Below, one piece after another: positions 26,663 to 40,600 of a DNA stretch of 64,000 nucleotides. Origin of the DNA: a virus. Taxonomy: Duplodnaviria; Caudoviricetes. The notes under the pieces are model-generated. The model was given only the letters and a program-made list of their open reading frames with translations. It ran no database searches and was not told where the DNA came from. Positions within the stretch are counted from its first letter, which is position 1; each line of letters opens with the position of its first letter. The stretch spans positions 10,991 to 74,990 of the IMG/VR virus record IMGVR_UViG_3300033073_000492. One strand, written 5' to 3'. The translations under genes and the position numbers were made by a program.

Positions 26663-27865
26663 TTACTTAGTGATTGATACCACTGCAAGAACAGTACCTG
26701 TAGTTACATCTGTTTTATCTTCTAATGCTCGTCCGATAACGTTGAACGCTGTCATCTCTGCTTTAGTAGCGGCTCTAGCATAGCCCTTGCCCGCTGAAAC
26801 TAAACGTTGACCCTTCTTAACTTTACCGATAACTTTAACTGGGACACGACCTGACACAGCGATTGCTGGGTGAGTTTTGTCTGAACCTGCTTGACCGTTC
26901 ATAGTGAAAGCCGCTGTTGTAGAAACAACACCGAATACTTCTTCACTTAAGTCGTCTTGCACTTGTGTGATTTCTTTGTCGCCGCCGATTTCAACAACTG
27001 TGCCGGTATCATAGATATCGTCAGCTTCGAAACGTTCTGCTAAGTCAGCGTATGTTGCGTTGATACGAGCACCAGTATCTAATGTCCATGTACCAGAGAT
27101 TAATCCGCCACCAGCTAGATAGTTAGTTGTAACTTTAGTTGGACTGATGTTACCAGTATATGTTGGAAGATAAGCCGCTACGTTAGCGTTTGTGTATGTT
27201 CCGGATGGGTTGAACGGAGCACCGTTTGCGTACATATAGTTGTCGCACTTAACGCCGTTGATACTGTTATGACCAAATTGAATGTTACCTGAACTGATTG
27301 ATAGTGCGTTACCACCGCTTAAGTTGTTACCAACTACTGTCCACTCACCAGTCAATGTACCCGCTGTAGTTGGGGCACCTGTGCTGATAGTTGTAGTATT
27401 CAATGATGTGATTGTACCAGAAGTGATAGTACCTGAAAGTGCTGTCAATTCTTCTGAAACTGTTGCTAAACGTACAGTGATTGTGTCACCGATAATACCG
27501 TGAGCAACTGTTAAACTGTCGCCAGAAATAGCGCCTGTAGCAGTGATATTTCCTAGTGTTGTGTCGCCACCAGCGTTTGTACTAGCTAATGTCAACCAAG
27601 CTGAGGGGCTTGTTGTACCGTCACTTGGGCAAACGTTTAGAGTACCCTGTGTAGTGTTGTACCAAAGCTGTCCCTTTAGTGGGTTATTTGGGGGTGTTGC
27701 ACCCGCATAACTCTCTAGTTGACGCACAAAGTTAGTGTTTAGTGCTTGTCCGTAACCCGCATAGTTTCTACCAGGAAGACCTAATGAAGTGCTGGTTGTA
27801 TTAAGTGTACCATCTTGGATGGTTGTCAATGTTGTTCCATCGCTTCTTATAATTGTGTATGCCAT
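26663..27865 (-). CDS. Tail fibre/baseplate-associated structural protein
   Basis: N-terminal T.LGLPGRNYAGYG...ENF-like motif, GQLWY; C-terminal ADLAE...GRVPVKV chaperone-like domain; ATAAATA at 27894-27900. Confidence 0.7.
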   Translation of the reverse strand: MAYTIIRSDGTTLTTIQDGTLNTTSTSLGLPGRNYAGYGQALNTNFVRQLESYAGATPPNNPLKGQLWYNTTQGTLNVCPSDGTTSPSAWLTLASTNAGGDTTLGNITATGAISGDSLTVAHGIIGDTITVRLATVSEELTALSGTITSGTITSLNTTTISTGAPTTAGTLTGEWTVVGNNLSGGNALSISSGNIQFGHNSINGVKCDNYMYANGAPFNPSGTYTNANVAAYLPTYTGNISPTKVTTNYLAGGGLISGTWTLDTGARINATYADLAERFEADDIYDTGTVVEIGGDKEITQVQDDLSEEVFGVVSTTAAFTMNGQAGSDKTHPAIAVSGRVPVKVIGKVKKGQRLVSAGKGYARAATKAEMTAFNVIGRALEDKTDVTTGTVLAVVSITK

Positions 27866-27901
27866 TTAAATGCTCCGCAAATTTCTATTCTAGTATTTAT
27901 C

Positions 27902-28522
27902 TTAAACCGTGACTAAGTTAGTTAGCGACTGTATTCTAATCGTGTAATCAATCTGAATCTGACGGTTCAATGCCTTCTGCACTGGGTGGAAAATCACATG
28001 GGTAAGCAGTTTTGTCTGCTGGAAACCCGCTGAGTCAATCCCATAGTCTGCAATTAGACCTATCTCGTCAAAAACGAACTGAGATTGGTTGTTTGTGCTA
28101 TTATCGAATGCCATTTGACCGTCGGGTTCACCGTAGTCTAACAAGCACTGGATAATAATATCCGTGTACACTTTACCCGCTGTATGGCTAGGAACCATCT
28201 TGTTACGTGATGGGTCTGAGTTCAATACGTTTGTATCATCTACGTTCTTAGCATATGTCTCGTTGTACAATGTAGCGTTTTGCCCCGATGTGTTTGGGGG
28301 CAAATAAGTGATAATACCAGTGTCGTCAATACTTGCGCCGCCGTTTCCGAAAGCCATTTTGAAAATAGAACCGTATCCGCGACTGCTGAGGGTATCAGCA
28401 ATAGCTACAGAGATGTTTTCATAGTGGATAGCGTTGTGTCCGTCGTAAAAGACTTCTTGGTTGATAGGATCAAAGACTTTCAAAAAGCCTGTGATTGAAA
28501 TTGGAATGGATGCGTGTGACAT
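27902..28522 (-). CDS. Baseplate/tail structural protein
   Basis: MAFGNGG, LDYGEP, FDEIGL, HVIFHPVQKALNR..QIDYTIRI. Confidence 0.65.
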   Translation of the reverse strand: MSHASIPISITGFLKVFDPINQEVFYDGHNAIHYENISVAIADTLSSRGYGSIFKMAFGNGGASIDDTGIITYLPPNTSGQNATLYNETYAKNVDDTNVLNSDPSRNKMVPSHTAGKVYTDIIIQCLLDYGEPDGQMAFDNSTNNQSQFVFDEIGLIADYGIDSAGFQQTKLLTHVIFHPVQKALNRQIQIDYTIRIQSLTNLVTV

Positions 28523-28671
28523 TAATTATCGCCTCGTAATTGTACTAAGATTTCCTGTGTATTGGGGTCGTGTATCTTTATAAAAGAACTGAACACGAAC
28601 CCAGACGTTTCATCTGGTTTGGGTCCGTATTCCTCGACATTTGCTTCAATATCTTCGGGTTTTTCGTTCAT
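28522..28671 (-). CDS. Small late protein (49 aa, ...GFVFSSFIKIHDPNTQEILVQLRGDN)
   Basis: ATAAATA 4 nt upstream; TAATG coupling to the next gene; resembles that gene's N-terminus (FLKVFDPINQEV). Confidence 0.75.
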   Translation of the reverse strand: MNEKPEDIEANVEEYGPKPDETSGFVFSSFIKIHDPNTQEILVQLRGDN

Positions 28672-28685
28672 AGTTTATTTATCTC

Positions 28686-31600
28686 TCAATAATTTCCAGT
28701 ATTTAAGAACTTGCCCGGAGCGTTTGTACTCAACTGTAGTGGATCTCCGTATGGTAAGAAGTTAGTGCTGTTCCAGACACTTGTGTAGTAGTCTGGGTTC
28801 AACATTACTTTGTCATTTAGTCCGTGTACATAATCATACTGATTGTGGACTTTGACGATACCAGTCATGTTCACACCACGAGTCAATCCAGAGATTGTGT
28901 TCGTTGCGTGGTCAATGTTACGGAATCTAATCTTCTCCCCGTTAACTTCAATCATATGTCCAATTTGTAACGTGACAACTAGTTCATCATTCAATGACAC
29001 ACCTGTTGTGAATACAACGTGTGGTCTAGAATCGATATTTCTAATCACATATTGTTTTCTGTCTAGTGTAGTCAATGTTGACTTGTTGTACACAACAGCG
29101 CCGGACAAATCTTCAATCTTGTAAGTTAATGCTGCTACTAACTTATTGTCGTTTGAAGTCACGTACACATCCTCAACTACGTTAGAGACTATTTTTCTAC
29201 TATCGTTAACGTGCATTACATCTTGGTAAGTGTAGAACGGTTCTGTTAACCACACATCTTCCTTGATTCTGTACACTGAACCCATACCGTTCTTATCAAC
29301 AGAGAGATTGAATTCCATCATACCGGGCGTAGCTTCTGAAACCATGCTTGTAATGATGATGTTATCTGTTGGAGTAAGTTTGGTCATAATGTTCAACTTG
29401 TTAGCTCCATGGAAGCGTAAGTTACTTGGGTCAACACGCTGACCGTTGATTGTTACCCATGTTCTATCTCCCGCAGTATATTCAATTGCGTTATTGATAA
29501 CTTCAACAGTCTCAGAGTCTTTCCAGATATAACCACCGCTTACATAAGTAGATACTGCGCCACCTTCTACTGGTAGAGCGAACACTGGGTTACCACCGAA
29601 GATTTCAAAATCCCTATATAGTTCGATTGGGTAGTATGTTTTACCTTCCCAAACATATGAGTCCAGAACCTTAACGTAGTAAACGTCATTATTCAATTGT
29701 GTAGAGCCCTTCAACCCATCGATATGAACTTGGTCAGTATCGACTAATCCATGGTCTTCACTAGCAACAATCATTACTGGAGTAACTGCTCTGTCAACAA
29801 AGTGAATTGGAGCAACACGTAATCCATCAGTAGTGATAGTCTTTAAGTTTTGACGCTTAGTATCATAGAACGTAGTAATTGCAACTAAGTCACCTTCGGA
29901 CAAACTAGCAACAACCGTTAACAGATTGTTTTCTGTATCAATTGTGTAGTCTGCTGAGTTACAACGATACCCATTGATTTCAACGATTGCATTGTCTGCG
30001 TTGTCACCGCCGGTGTAGTTACTTAATGCAAATTCAGTAGAATCAACATATGCAAACACTTCTGTTTCGGGAATACTGTAGCTATACAATAACTCGTTAT
30101 ATTCAGGAACAACGGTGTCACTTAAAATTACTAATGAGAAGTAATCAACAGAATCATCATATAATGTTTCAAAGTTAATATATGTGTTACCGTCAATAAC
30201 GTGTAATGAGAAGTCAGTACCATATACCAACTTAGTACCATTGTGATAGATTAACGGATCAATGTTGATATTATTAACCGAGAACAATGCTACTGATGGT
30301 GTGAATGAGTATGGTAGAACAAACATGCTATTACCAAATTCATTTACACGCAATGGTGTAGTTTGTGAGTTAGTTCTAACAATTTGTCTGCCGTTGCCAA
30401 CTTCATACACTTCAACTAAGATTTGTGCGTCAGTCGGGTTATTGAATGTTATTGTCTTTGTAACCCAATTGATTGTGTATGTATAATTTTCATAGACACG
30501 TACATAACGTTCGTTTGAATCTAGTACAAATACGTTGATTTGTGCAGGATTCTCAACTATGTTATCAAATGAGATTTGATTGTATACGTCTAATACACCT
30601 CTAGTAGTTTGCATATTGAACCCGGTGTAACCATACTTGAAGTCTTGTGTGATTTCATCGTTGTCCCAGAATGTTCCAGGCTTAGTACGAACTCTCATAC
30701 TCAATGAATCATTGATGATACCGGCAACTAATTCTTCCGGACCATATCCAGAAACGAAATCGTCACCCTTAATATCATATGATGGGGCCTTAGTTGTAAT
30801 GTATGATACATTCTCCCATGTTGAACCCTGTGTGTTACTACGGATAATGATACCATGACTACCAGCAGCGATAAAGTATTCACCGTCAAATGTGATAGTA
30901 TTCAAATCGTGTGTTACGTTTGAAGTAGCAACATCCCAATAGATACCTGTAGTTGATGTCAACACTAGACCATTGTTACCTACTAATACGAATGTACCAT
31001 CAGCATAGTATGCGTCATTGATTGTATCTGTAGGAGATGCATCATTGACTGTACCAACCGTCCATAATGCTGGATCAAGCATGTCAGTAGTAGTCTTGTT
31101 ATGAGCATACATGATTGTTGCGTTTGAACCAGCGATAACAATCGTGTTTTGTGATGCAGTAATTGCATTCAACTGTTCGTTAGTACCACGAGGTGTTACT
31201 GGATTCCATGTATTTCCATCCATAGACAACAATACTCTACCAACTTGGTCAAGTTGTGGCATGGCTGTACCTGCGCCGCTAGTAACACTAATACCATATC
31301 CTACAGCGATGAACCCAGCGAAATAGTCAGAATCAATCGCTAATACACTCTTAAGTTCGTTAGGTAACGAGCTACCAAAGTTGTAGATTGATTCCCAAAC
31401 TAAACCATCACGACTTCTAATAATCTCAGTACCAACTGCATAGAACGTTTCATTAACATAAATGATATCGTTCATTGGCTTAGTTGGTGCTTTTAATCCT
31501 GTACTGTCGAATCCAGAATCACCGAAGATAACAACGTCATATGGAGTAAACTCACCAATTGTTTGCCAGTTAGTTAAGTCAAAACTCAACATCACAGGTG

Positions 31601-34600
31601 AAACAGACGTTGTTGTAGTAATCAAGTATGATGGTGCATTTGTTGTTGCAATGCCAGTCGCATTCAATACCTTGTTAGATAATTTGAATGTGTCCCAATT
31701 GATACCGTCAGTACTTGTCATTACAAGTGAGTGGTCTTTACTGTTTGCAGAAGCAACATAGTATGCACCATCATATGTGATACCAGTGATAGAGATATCT
31801 CTAGGATAGAATGGTTGATCCTGCAAGATGATATCTAATGGAAGTTCATCTGACGGAGCGAATACATTACCTCTATAGATATTGTATGGATATGTTACAC
31901 CTTGTAACACTTGTAGCCAGTTGCCAGGCATTGTGCTAGTAGGTTTATAGTAACTGATAACTCTATCGATAGCGTTCAGTGAACGGTCGTCACTTGAGAC
32001 AGGAGTCCACTTGTTTGGATCAAATATATAGTCACTGTTACTTTGGATACAACGATATACAACGTCTTGGTAAACAACTGTAGCAGTAACAACATACTTG
32101 TAACCCGCACTAGTTGTGAATGGTTCAGGAACGAAGATTGAGTCACCTGGCACAAAGTTAAACTTGTTAATTAAGACAGGAATCTTAAACGCTGAATCAG
32201 CATAGACTTTGATTTGGTCTTGTGACACTGGGTTTGCGTAATACATTGTAAACTCACCCTTAGCAACACCAGAAATATCATATATACTGATGCCTTTGAA
32301 TGCAGTAGTATACACAATATCCAAATAGAAATCATTAACGCCATCTCTGCCGCCCAACTCAGTACCAAATACTTTAATTCTATCTCCGTCACTATACTTG
32401 AAGCCAGCTTCTTCCATAATGATATAGTAACTATTAGAAATAGCTGTAGGATCGAAACGAGGTCTATAAATCTTAAACTTGGCACCGCCCAATGTGTTCA
32501 TCTTAGTTTCGTTCACACTTTGAACTGAACTAACTGTATAAACACGATATGTTACACCAGTATTAACAACTGTACCATCATCAGAAATGATATAAGTGTC
32601 AGGTAGAACACCTACACCATACACTCTATCACCGTTCTCTGGATAACTATTACCCGGGAACACTTCAACATACAATTGGTCATCTTCAATATATGCTTTA
32701 TCAAATGTCGTACCAGTATCATCATATTGGTACGCAGGGAAAGTCTTGTAGAAGTACATCTTCAAGCCTTTAATCTGCCCTGGTTGTAATCCGTTACTAT
32801 GACTGTAATCAACTGTTACAACCGCAGTACCATCAGTACCGTCTACACCAGTGATATCAACGACAGAACCTTGCCAACTAGTTTGTGCAATAGATGCTTC
32901 TGGATCATACAATCCAGTGTCAGATGATGCATCGTTACCTAACGAGTTGAATGGTGATGGCCAGAACATACCTGGTTGCCATTCTTGAACTGTACTACCA
33001 TAACTAGTACGGTCATACTTCATCACAGTTTTAATTTCACGTGTGAATGCATTCTTAATGATAGGGCTTGCTTTAGCTGCAATTTCTAACGCATATTCCA
33101 TTTCAGTAATTGGCTCAAGTGCTTCTGCAACTGCATCACCTTTATAATACAATTCAACACGATGGTCACCTGACTTAGCTGTTACATAACTTGTGTGAAG
33201 TGAAATCAACGAATTGATTCCATCATCAAACTTAGAAGCAACATTTACATAGTAGAATGATTCCGGTGTTAGGCCTATCAATTCTTGAGTCAACTCATCT
33301 GCATCTTCAGATAAAATAACGAAACGAACCAAATCACCTGTCACAAATTCTTGAGTAGGGATAACAATAGTATTGTCACCGAAGTTCATCATTGATTCAT
33401 TGAATCCAGCAGAGATAGATGGAGCGATATAGATTTCTGGAACCGCTACATATCCCTCACCTGGATCATTAACTGTTACACCAATCACTTTATCACCTGA
33501 CATGATAGCAGTTAATACTGCATCACGTTTTGGTGCAATGTATTTTGTAGTATCAATACGTGCTTCAATTTTAGGAGGGTCAATATAGTCACGTCCAGAG
33601 TCGGTGATAATTACCCCAGGAAGATCCATAGAAATCTTAACCCCAGGGAAGTGTACACTAACCGTAGTACCTTCTACTCCTCGGTTTAAGTTGTATAATC
33701 TACCCTTGACACGGTCTACCTTAGAGTAAGTAATCAATTCATTGTCAATCTTTATTGTACCTTGGACTGGTAATCCGTATGCGTTATCAACATAGATTTG
33801 ATTATCAGCAACAGTAACATACTTTGCAACTAATGCAACTTGTGCTTCCTTCTCACCAGTCAAAGTCATACCAATATGCTGAATCCAGTTATTATACTCT
33901 TGGTGATTCCAAATCGTATTAGATGAATTATATTGATTTGTTTTTTCTGCACCATAAGTCAATTGAGGTGATGCAAATGTCAACAACTCACTAGTGTACA
34001 ATGAAGGTAAGTCAAAGTCAGTTATACCACTGTTGTATGTTTCAGTACCTGCATATTGTAAGTAGAAATCTTTGATAACAGCATGGTATGGTTTGACTTC
34101 ATTGATATAACCGTACAACATATCTGTATCATCTTTCTGATACTTTGGAGTAGTAATCAAATCACGTACTTTGTTACCAACATCAATGAATGATGTTTTG
34201 TTCAACCATGGTAGATATTGATTTGAACCAATGTTTTCACTTTGGATATATTCAAAAACTAATATCAAACATTCATTGCGATACTTGAACATTTCACCAA
34301 CAAAAAGTTGCTCGTTGATAGCACGAATGATGTGACGAGTTTCTGCTGAAGGATATGTGTCAAAGTTATCAACGTCAAAGAAACTACTTCCTAAACCGAT
34401 GCCACTTGTGCCATAGTCCCATAGTTTATTACTAAATTGAATAGTACCGTTCTCTAAACCAACACGAGTCCATGTCGAATTAATGTAAGCATATGTTTCA
34501 TAACGACCACTAGAGTTTGATTGCACACCTGCTATCATACCTTCAACAGCATCAAGTGTATATAACTCTTGATACTTATTGACTTCAATGATTGGTCTAG

Positions 34601-37600
34601 TGCTATCACTATAGCCGTCAGCCCACCAGTTTACGTAATTCCAGAATGCAGTAGTGTCATAATTTGAACCAGAAGCCATTAAGAATGACGCTTCTTTGAA
34701 TTCATACACAGGGTATTGAATCAAGATTTCGTTAACACGTGACAAGTATACAAACAATGCTTGCAATCTGTTTGCAAACAAACTTTGATTTGGATTGTTT
34801 GAGATACCTACCTTCATCATCTTTGGTAAGTATGGGTTAGGTACTAATGCACCTCTTGCATCTAGACCGGCAAAGCTGTCTAACAACTTTAAGTACAATC
34901 CTGTAGGTTCGCTCAAGCGATTATATGCTACTGGGAATCCAGGCAAGAAATCGTCAGGTGATCCGTCACGAATCAATTCAAACTTAGAATGTGATGGGTT
35001 ATCTAAATCGCTACTACTGAATCCCACAAACAAACTAGAATCAAATGACAATGCATCTGATACGTTATGCAAACCAAACACACTTGATGAGTATGGTGCA
35101 AAGTAACTGATACCTGATTGCTGTGGATTTGAAATATAACTTTCAATTACTGAATCGCTTAGTGTTTTTCCAGATTCAACAAATACTGTGTTAGTATTTC
35201 TAACCCAGAAGTAGTATTTTGAAACTAGTGTGTCAGAAGAATCAACGCCAACTGCGGTTGCATAGCTTTCTAAATCGTAAGGCACGCCAGGACCAGCATA
35301 GAATGATGGTGTAACAAAACTCTCTACCCAAGTATAAACTGTTACAGCACTACCTGGGAATACTTTACCCCAATACTTGCTATTGTACACAACATCATTT
35401 TGATGATAGTTTACAAATCGAGTATTTGAAGGATCAAACCAAATTGATCCAACTTGTTCTTTACCCCAAACAATGTTACCAACATAAACTGCCGGGTTGT
35501 TGTACCCTGCTGGGTCAGCATAACTGATGAAGTCAATGTTCTCACGTACTGCACCTAGTAACTTACCTTGAATTGGATCAATATAGTCCAATGGTGCAAT
35601 GATTTCATTTGTATGTGTGTTGTACAATTGAACTTTTTGAACCTTGTTGATATCAACAATTGGGTTAGATTTTCTAAATGTTTGCCAGTTAGAAACACCA
35701 CTGTTATTCTCAAACAATGTAACTCTGCCACCAACTTCTGATGGTTTAAACTTAGGTGAACCTACAATAATCTTATTATGTCTAAAGAACAATGATAGAC
35801 CAAACTGAGGTTCGACGCCATAGTCTTCTGAGTCGTCAACTAGTATCTGTGAGTACATGAATGTACCTGCATTAGTCAACGATTCGTTATATTCTGCGAT
35901 ATAGTCATACAAGTAAACTGCACCAGCGTTTCTATTGCTATCAATGAATTGTGTAAAGTTGTTATCAAATACAGTATCATTGTGATTCAATTCATCGTCA
36001 GTAAAGTCGATAGTTGTGCCTACATAGCGTGAGCCTTTTGGTGCGCTAATCAACACTGAACCTTGTTCACTGAATTTAACCGCTTGACCAAAATTAGAAC
36101 CTTTGTCGCCGTGAGGATTGATAAACGTATCGACTTTAGTATATTCGCTGATACCCAAGTAATACAATACGCTACCATTGAATACGCTCAATGTTAATTT
36201 GTCGTTAGCTGGGCCTAAAGTAGAATCGATTAAACGAATCTGAAGTTTGTCTGAGTTTCTATCTTCTTCAAATCCTGCCATTGGTACAGCGATAGCTTCT
36301 ACGTTATCGATGCTTGTGGCATTGATTGCATCAGCAATATCTTGTGCAGTGCCTGCTGGGATACTTACACGGAATCCATTGATTAAGATATCAACTGCTT
36401 GATACAAGTACATCTGAACTGATTGTAAGCCGTTGATTACACCGTATTTTTTACCCTCGTTAATGAAACGTGATGCTGTACCTTCTGCATTTGATGCAGG
36501 GTCAACATACCGTGGCGCACCAATGATTAAGTCAGAACCAAATACATTACAGTCTAAGCCCATACTGAATCGTGCACCAGGTACGATACCGCTTGGGTCA
36601 TCATATACGTTTAAGATTTGTTTCTCAACAACACGGGCAGTATCTACCGTAATCTTATCGCCGGCATATACTGATATACCAATCAAGATTGTTGTTTCGC
36701 CTACTGTAGGATCATCTTCATTAGGGAACGAAAAGATGCGTACATAATCATCAGGTAATCTTTCACCGTTCACTGAAATCACAGCAGACCCAGGAGCATA
36801 CCCATAGATGTTTGATGTTGGCCAAGGCAACTTAAATGCTGCGATTGAGTACGGCGGCGAATCAAGTTGAACTTCAAAGTTTTCAACTAAACGTTCAAAT
36901 ACAAACGCCATACCCGTATCTTGTTGTTCATAGCTTGCATCAAAGTAAGGTGCACCGATGAAAATCATCTTACCAGTGTAATCAGTAGCAAGGCTTTGTG
37001 CGAAACCGTCGGATGGGTCAGTACCAGCAGTAAACGCACCTACATATGTATAATTGATTGAAGAAGTATATACTTCTGTCAATGCTTCAATATCTAATAA
37101 GATAGGGGAATCGACAAAGAAGATTGTTGAGTTTGTTCCACTGATATATTTACTTGTTACTATTGCGTATGTTGGTGAATAAGGATCGTTAGCAAATGTC
37201 ACATCTTCACCTACAGGTAAATCAACAACTTTGTTACCAAATACAGTGAACGATGTTGATCCTGATAAGATTTTATCTTTAACTTGAATTGCAGTAGAGT
37301 CAATAAACTTGTTGACGTTCTTTTGGAACGCTACAACGCCACCATATGATGATGCACTAGCATACAAGTAATTTGTATCACCGGATGCAGTCATCACTTC
37401 ACCGATGCCGCCACCAGTGACCCATAAGTATTGTTGATATACTGCACGTTGAATCTTGTCAGTAGAAACTAGTTTGTATATCCAAATGAAACTGTTAGTA
37501 CCTAGTGGGTCAGGTTGTGATATGAACAACATATCACCTTGAACTACAATATTAGTACCAAATGTGTTAGGAGTTGTTTTGCTAAACAATGGGGCCAATG

Positions 37601-40600
37601 TTTCTTGCGGAGAGGTAGCACCAGTGTCAGAATTATATGTAACTCTATGTACACGTTGTTTTCCCGCATCAGCAATAAAATATCCTAACTTAGGATGGTA
37701 TGCTACTGAGTTACCAAATGTAGTTGTAGACCCGTATGAAGGAATATTAACACCACTGTAGTTGATAGACTTTCTATAAACTTCCCAGTTACCATCTGCA
37801 CCGGTATCAACCCACACAGTGTTCTTTCTAAACTCATTGTCTAACAATGGTAGATTTTTAATGTCACTTGGTGTACTGATGCGATGTGACAATAAACCAA
37901 TCGGCATACCAAAGCCACTGATATTTGTAGTAGATGGGTCAAGATTTAATACAATGATGATAGTAGTCAATGAAGGTACGTTGATAACTCTGTAGAATCC
38001 ATCAACTCTGCTATCAAAATGTGCAATACCAATCATATCATCAACAGAAACACCATGTACATTTGAGTATTGAACTGTTACAGTACCATCAAGGTTATTG
38101 ATTACGTTGATAACATGTGTCGCCGATGAACCACTTACCGATGTAATAGGAGTATATACTCCCCAATCATTTTGGTAATCAGCGATCCAAACATAATCAT
38201 TCTTATACAAATCATCAATTGCAACATTGTTTAAACCGGCAAAGTTGTAGGCTGCAAAACGAACATCATCAAACATGATGTATCCAGCAGACTTTAACAC
38301 TTCATCATCTGGGTTAGTTGTTGGAATAGTTGCTAGTATGTCAGGAGTATTAACTACTCTTCCATAGTTAGCAAGTGAATGTATTAATACTTCTTGTTGA
38401 ACGCCAGGAGTATCAACACCGTCAGACAACCCAACTACAACTGGGTTGCCGTTGAGTAAATTCTTATCTAATGCAATTTCAACAAAGTTCTGATTAGATA
38501 CTCCGCCAAATTCACCGCTCTTGATAGCCCAGTTTTCATAGATAGTATAGTCTACATCACCTTGAACCAATGATGCACCTTGTAATGCACCCATTGCACC
38601 AGTTGTACCCTTTGATTTAATGATGTTCTTGAAAACATTGAACTGTGACAAGTCTGGAATGTTTGCTTGTGACAAGTAATCTCTAGGACGATAACCAACA
38701 AGAGAGAATCCTAACAAATCAGCATCATTGTTTAAGTTACTACGATTGCTATCATAGTACAATGTACTTTCATACGCACGATTGCTTGCGTTAGGTAACA
38801 TTCCCTTTGGAATCTTTTCGTAATCTGTTTTGATCCAGTCTTGTTTACTAAAATCAATACCTGGCTTAATCATACTGTTGGCGACCCAGTAGCTATTCTT
38901 GTTATAAACAATTTCACCCTTAGTGTACTTTTGATTAGGTACCCAAGCAGTTATATTATCTTGGTTAAGAATAAATCCACCGGTATCAAAAGAACCATCC
39001 CAATCAGATGTTCTTAATCCTCGAACAAACATACGTTGTTGTCGTAATCCAGTTGTTAAGTTGAAGATAGTATCATTAAACACTGTAGTGTTATCGAAGA
39101 TAACTACATGTTCCATGTTGCTTAAGTTCGCAACAAAGAAACTAAGAGTATCTTCCTCATTCATCGGAATGAGTCTAAATTCATTTCTATTTCTATAGAC
39201 ACCCAAATCTTTCATTTGGATTGGAATTAAGTTTTGATCCAATGCATAGTTTTCATAATTTTTTGCAAGTGATTGCACTACTGCATTTTTTCTATTAACT
39301 TTTAATTGCTTAGCCGCTGGGTTAACGTTGATTGTGCTACCAACTTCCCAACCACTTTGAATCCAGTATAACAATTCAGCAACCATTTGCTTCCAGTCAA
39401 CTAGTAAGTTGTTCTCAACTAAGTCGAAGACCATACCACTATTTGTCAAGAATCTACCATAGTTGATTAAGAATTCACACAATGCTTGCGGTGTTGAAAA
39501 CTCGTGTCCATACGGATAATAAGTTATTGCGTCGGTGTATTCTTTGGTAATTTTTACAGAAATGTTGTTGACTGTTACTGTCTCGTAGTTACCATTAAAC
39601 TTAGGTGTGAATGCCTTGAAGTATGCCTTATTTTGGCTATTACCGAAGACATTGAATCCATTCTTAGATTTTTGAACAATGATACTTGAATAAGTGATAG
39701 TATCAAATGGTTGGTTGTTGTATAGTAGTACACTATAACTTTCTTCCGGAATCAACAGTGATGAATTAGAACTATTTGGACTTGATTTCTCAACATAGAA
39801 CTTCAACATTGATTTGTCAGTAAATCCACCAACACGATATGTCAATGAAACTTTAATATTTTTAATGAAGTCAGCTATGATAGCACTTCCATTTACTCCA
39901 AACTGTTGTAGGTAGTCAACTACCCAAGCGGCGTAACCATGTTGTGCGGTGCTATCAATTTCTGCACGTGTGCCACCACGACCTTGACCATAGATTGTCA
40001 AATTGCTAGGAGCGGCACGTAATCTATTAAAAATTAAGAATTGGTCAAACTCAGAGTTATATCGATATGCGTCTAAGTCAATACCTTGTGTAAAGAATGC
40101 TGGTGGTTTCGTTAATGCATATAGACGCATTAAATCAAACGGCCAAGTAGAACTCTTTTGATAACTGAACTCAGCAGGGCTCATGTCACCTACTTTCCAA
40201 TCACGGTTGATTGAACCGATGTCTGAGAAACCTACAATACTTTTCATAGGTGATACTAAATTACCATATGTATCCACTGGCAACACATCTTTCAATCCAG
40301 GGCGTTGGAAATATTCTTCAATGTAAGGGTTACCGTCATTCCAGTCTAGCCCCTTTTCTAAATCACCCCATAACAATGTATTATCACTTGTGTAGGGGCC
40401 TGTGCCATAGCGTTTGTCCCACCATGATGGCTTATTAGTATATCCAATCATTTCCCATGGAGACAAGTGAGGACGTGTAGTATCATACAAGTCCATGTAA
40501 ATGCCTCTCCAATTGCCGTGATGGAATGGTTGATTGGTTACTTTGTCACGACACTGACCATAGTTCCATGTAAATTCATTAGAGGCATTAAAATACTGAC

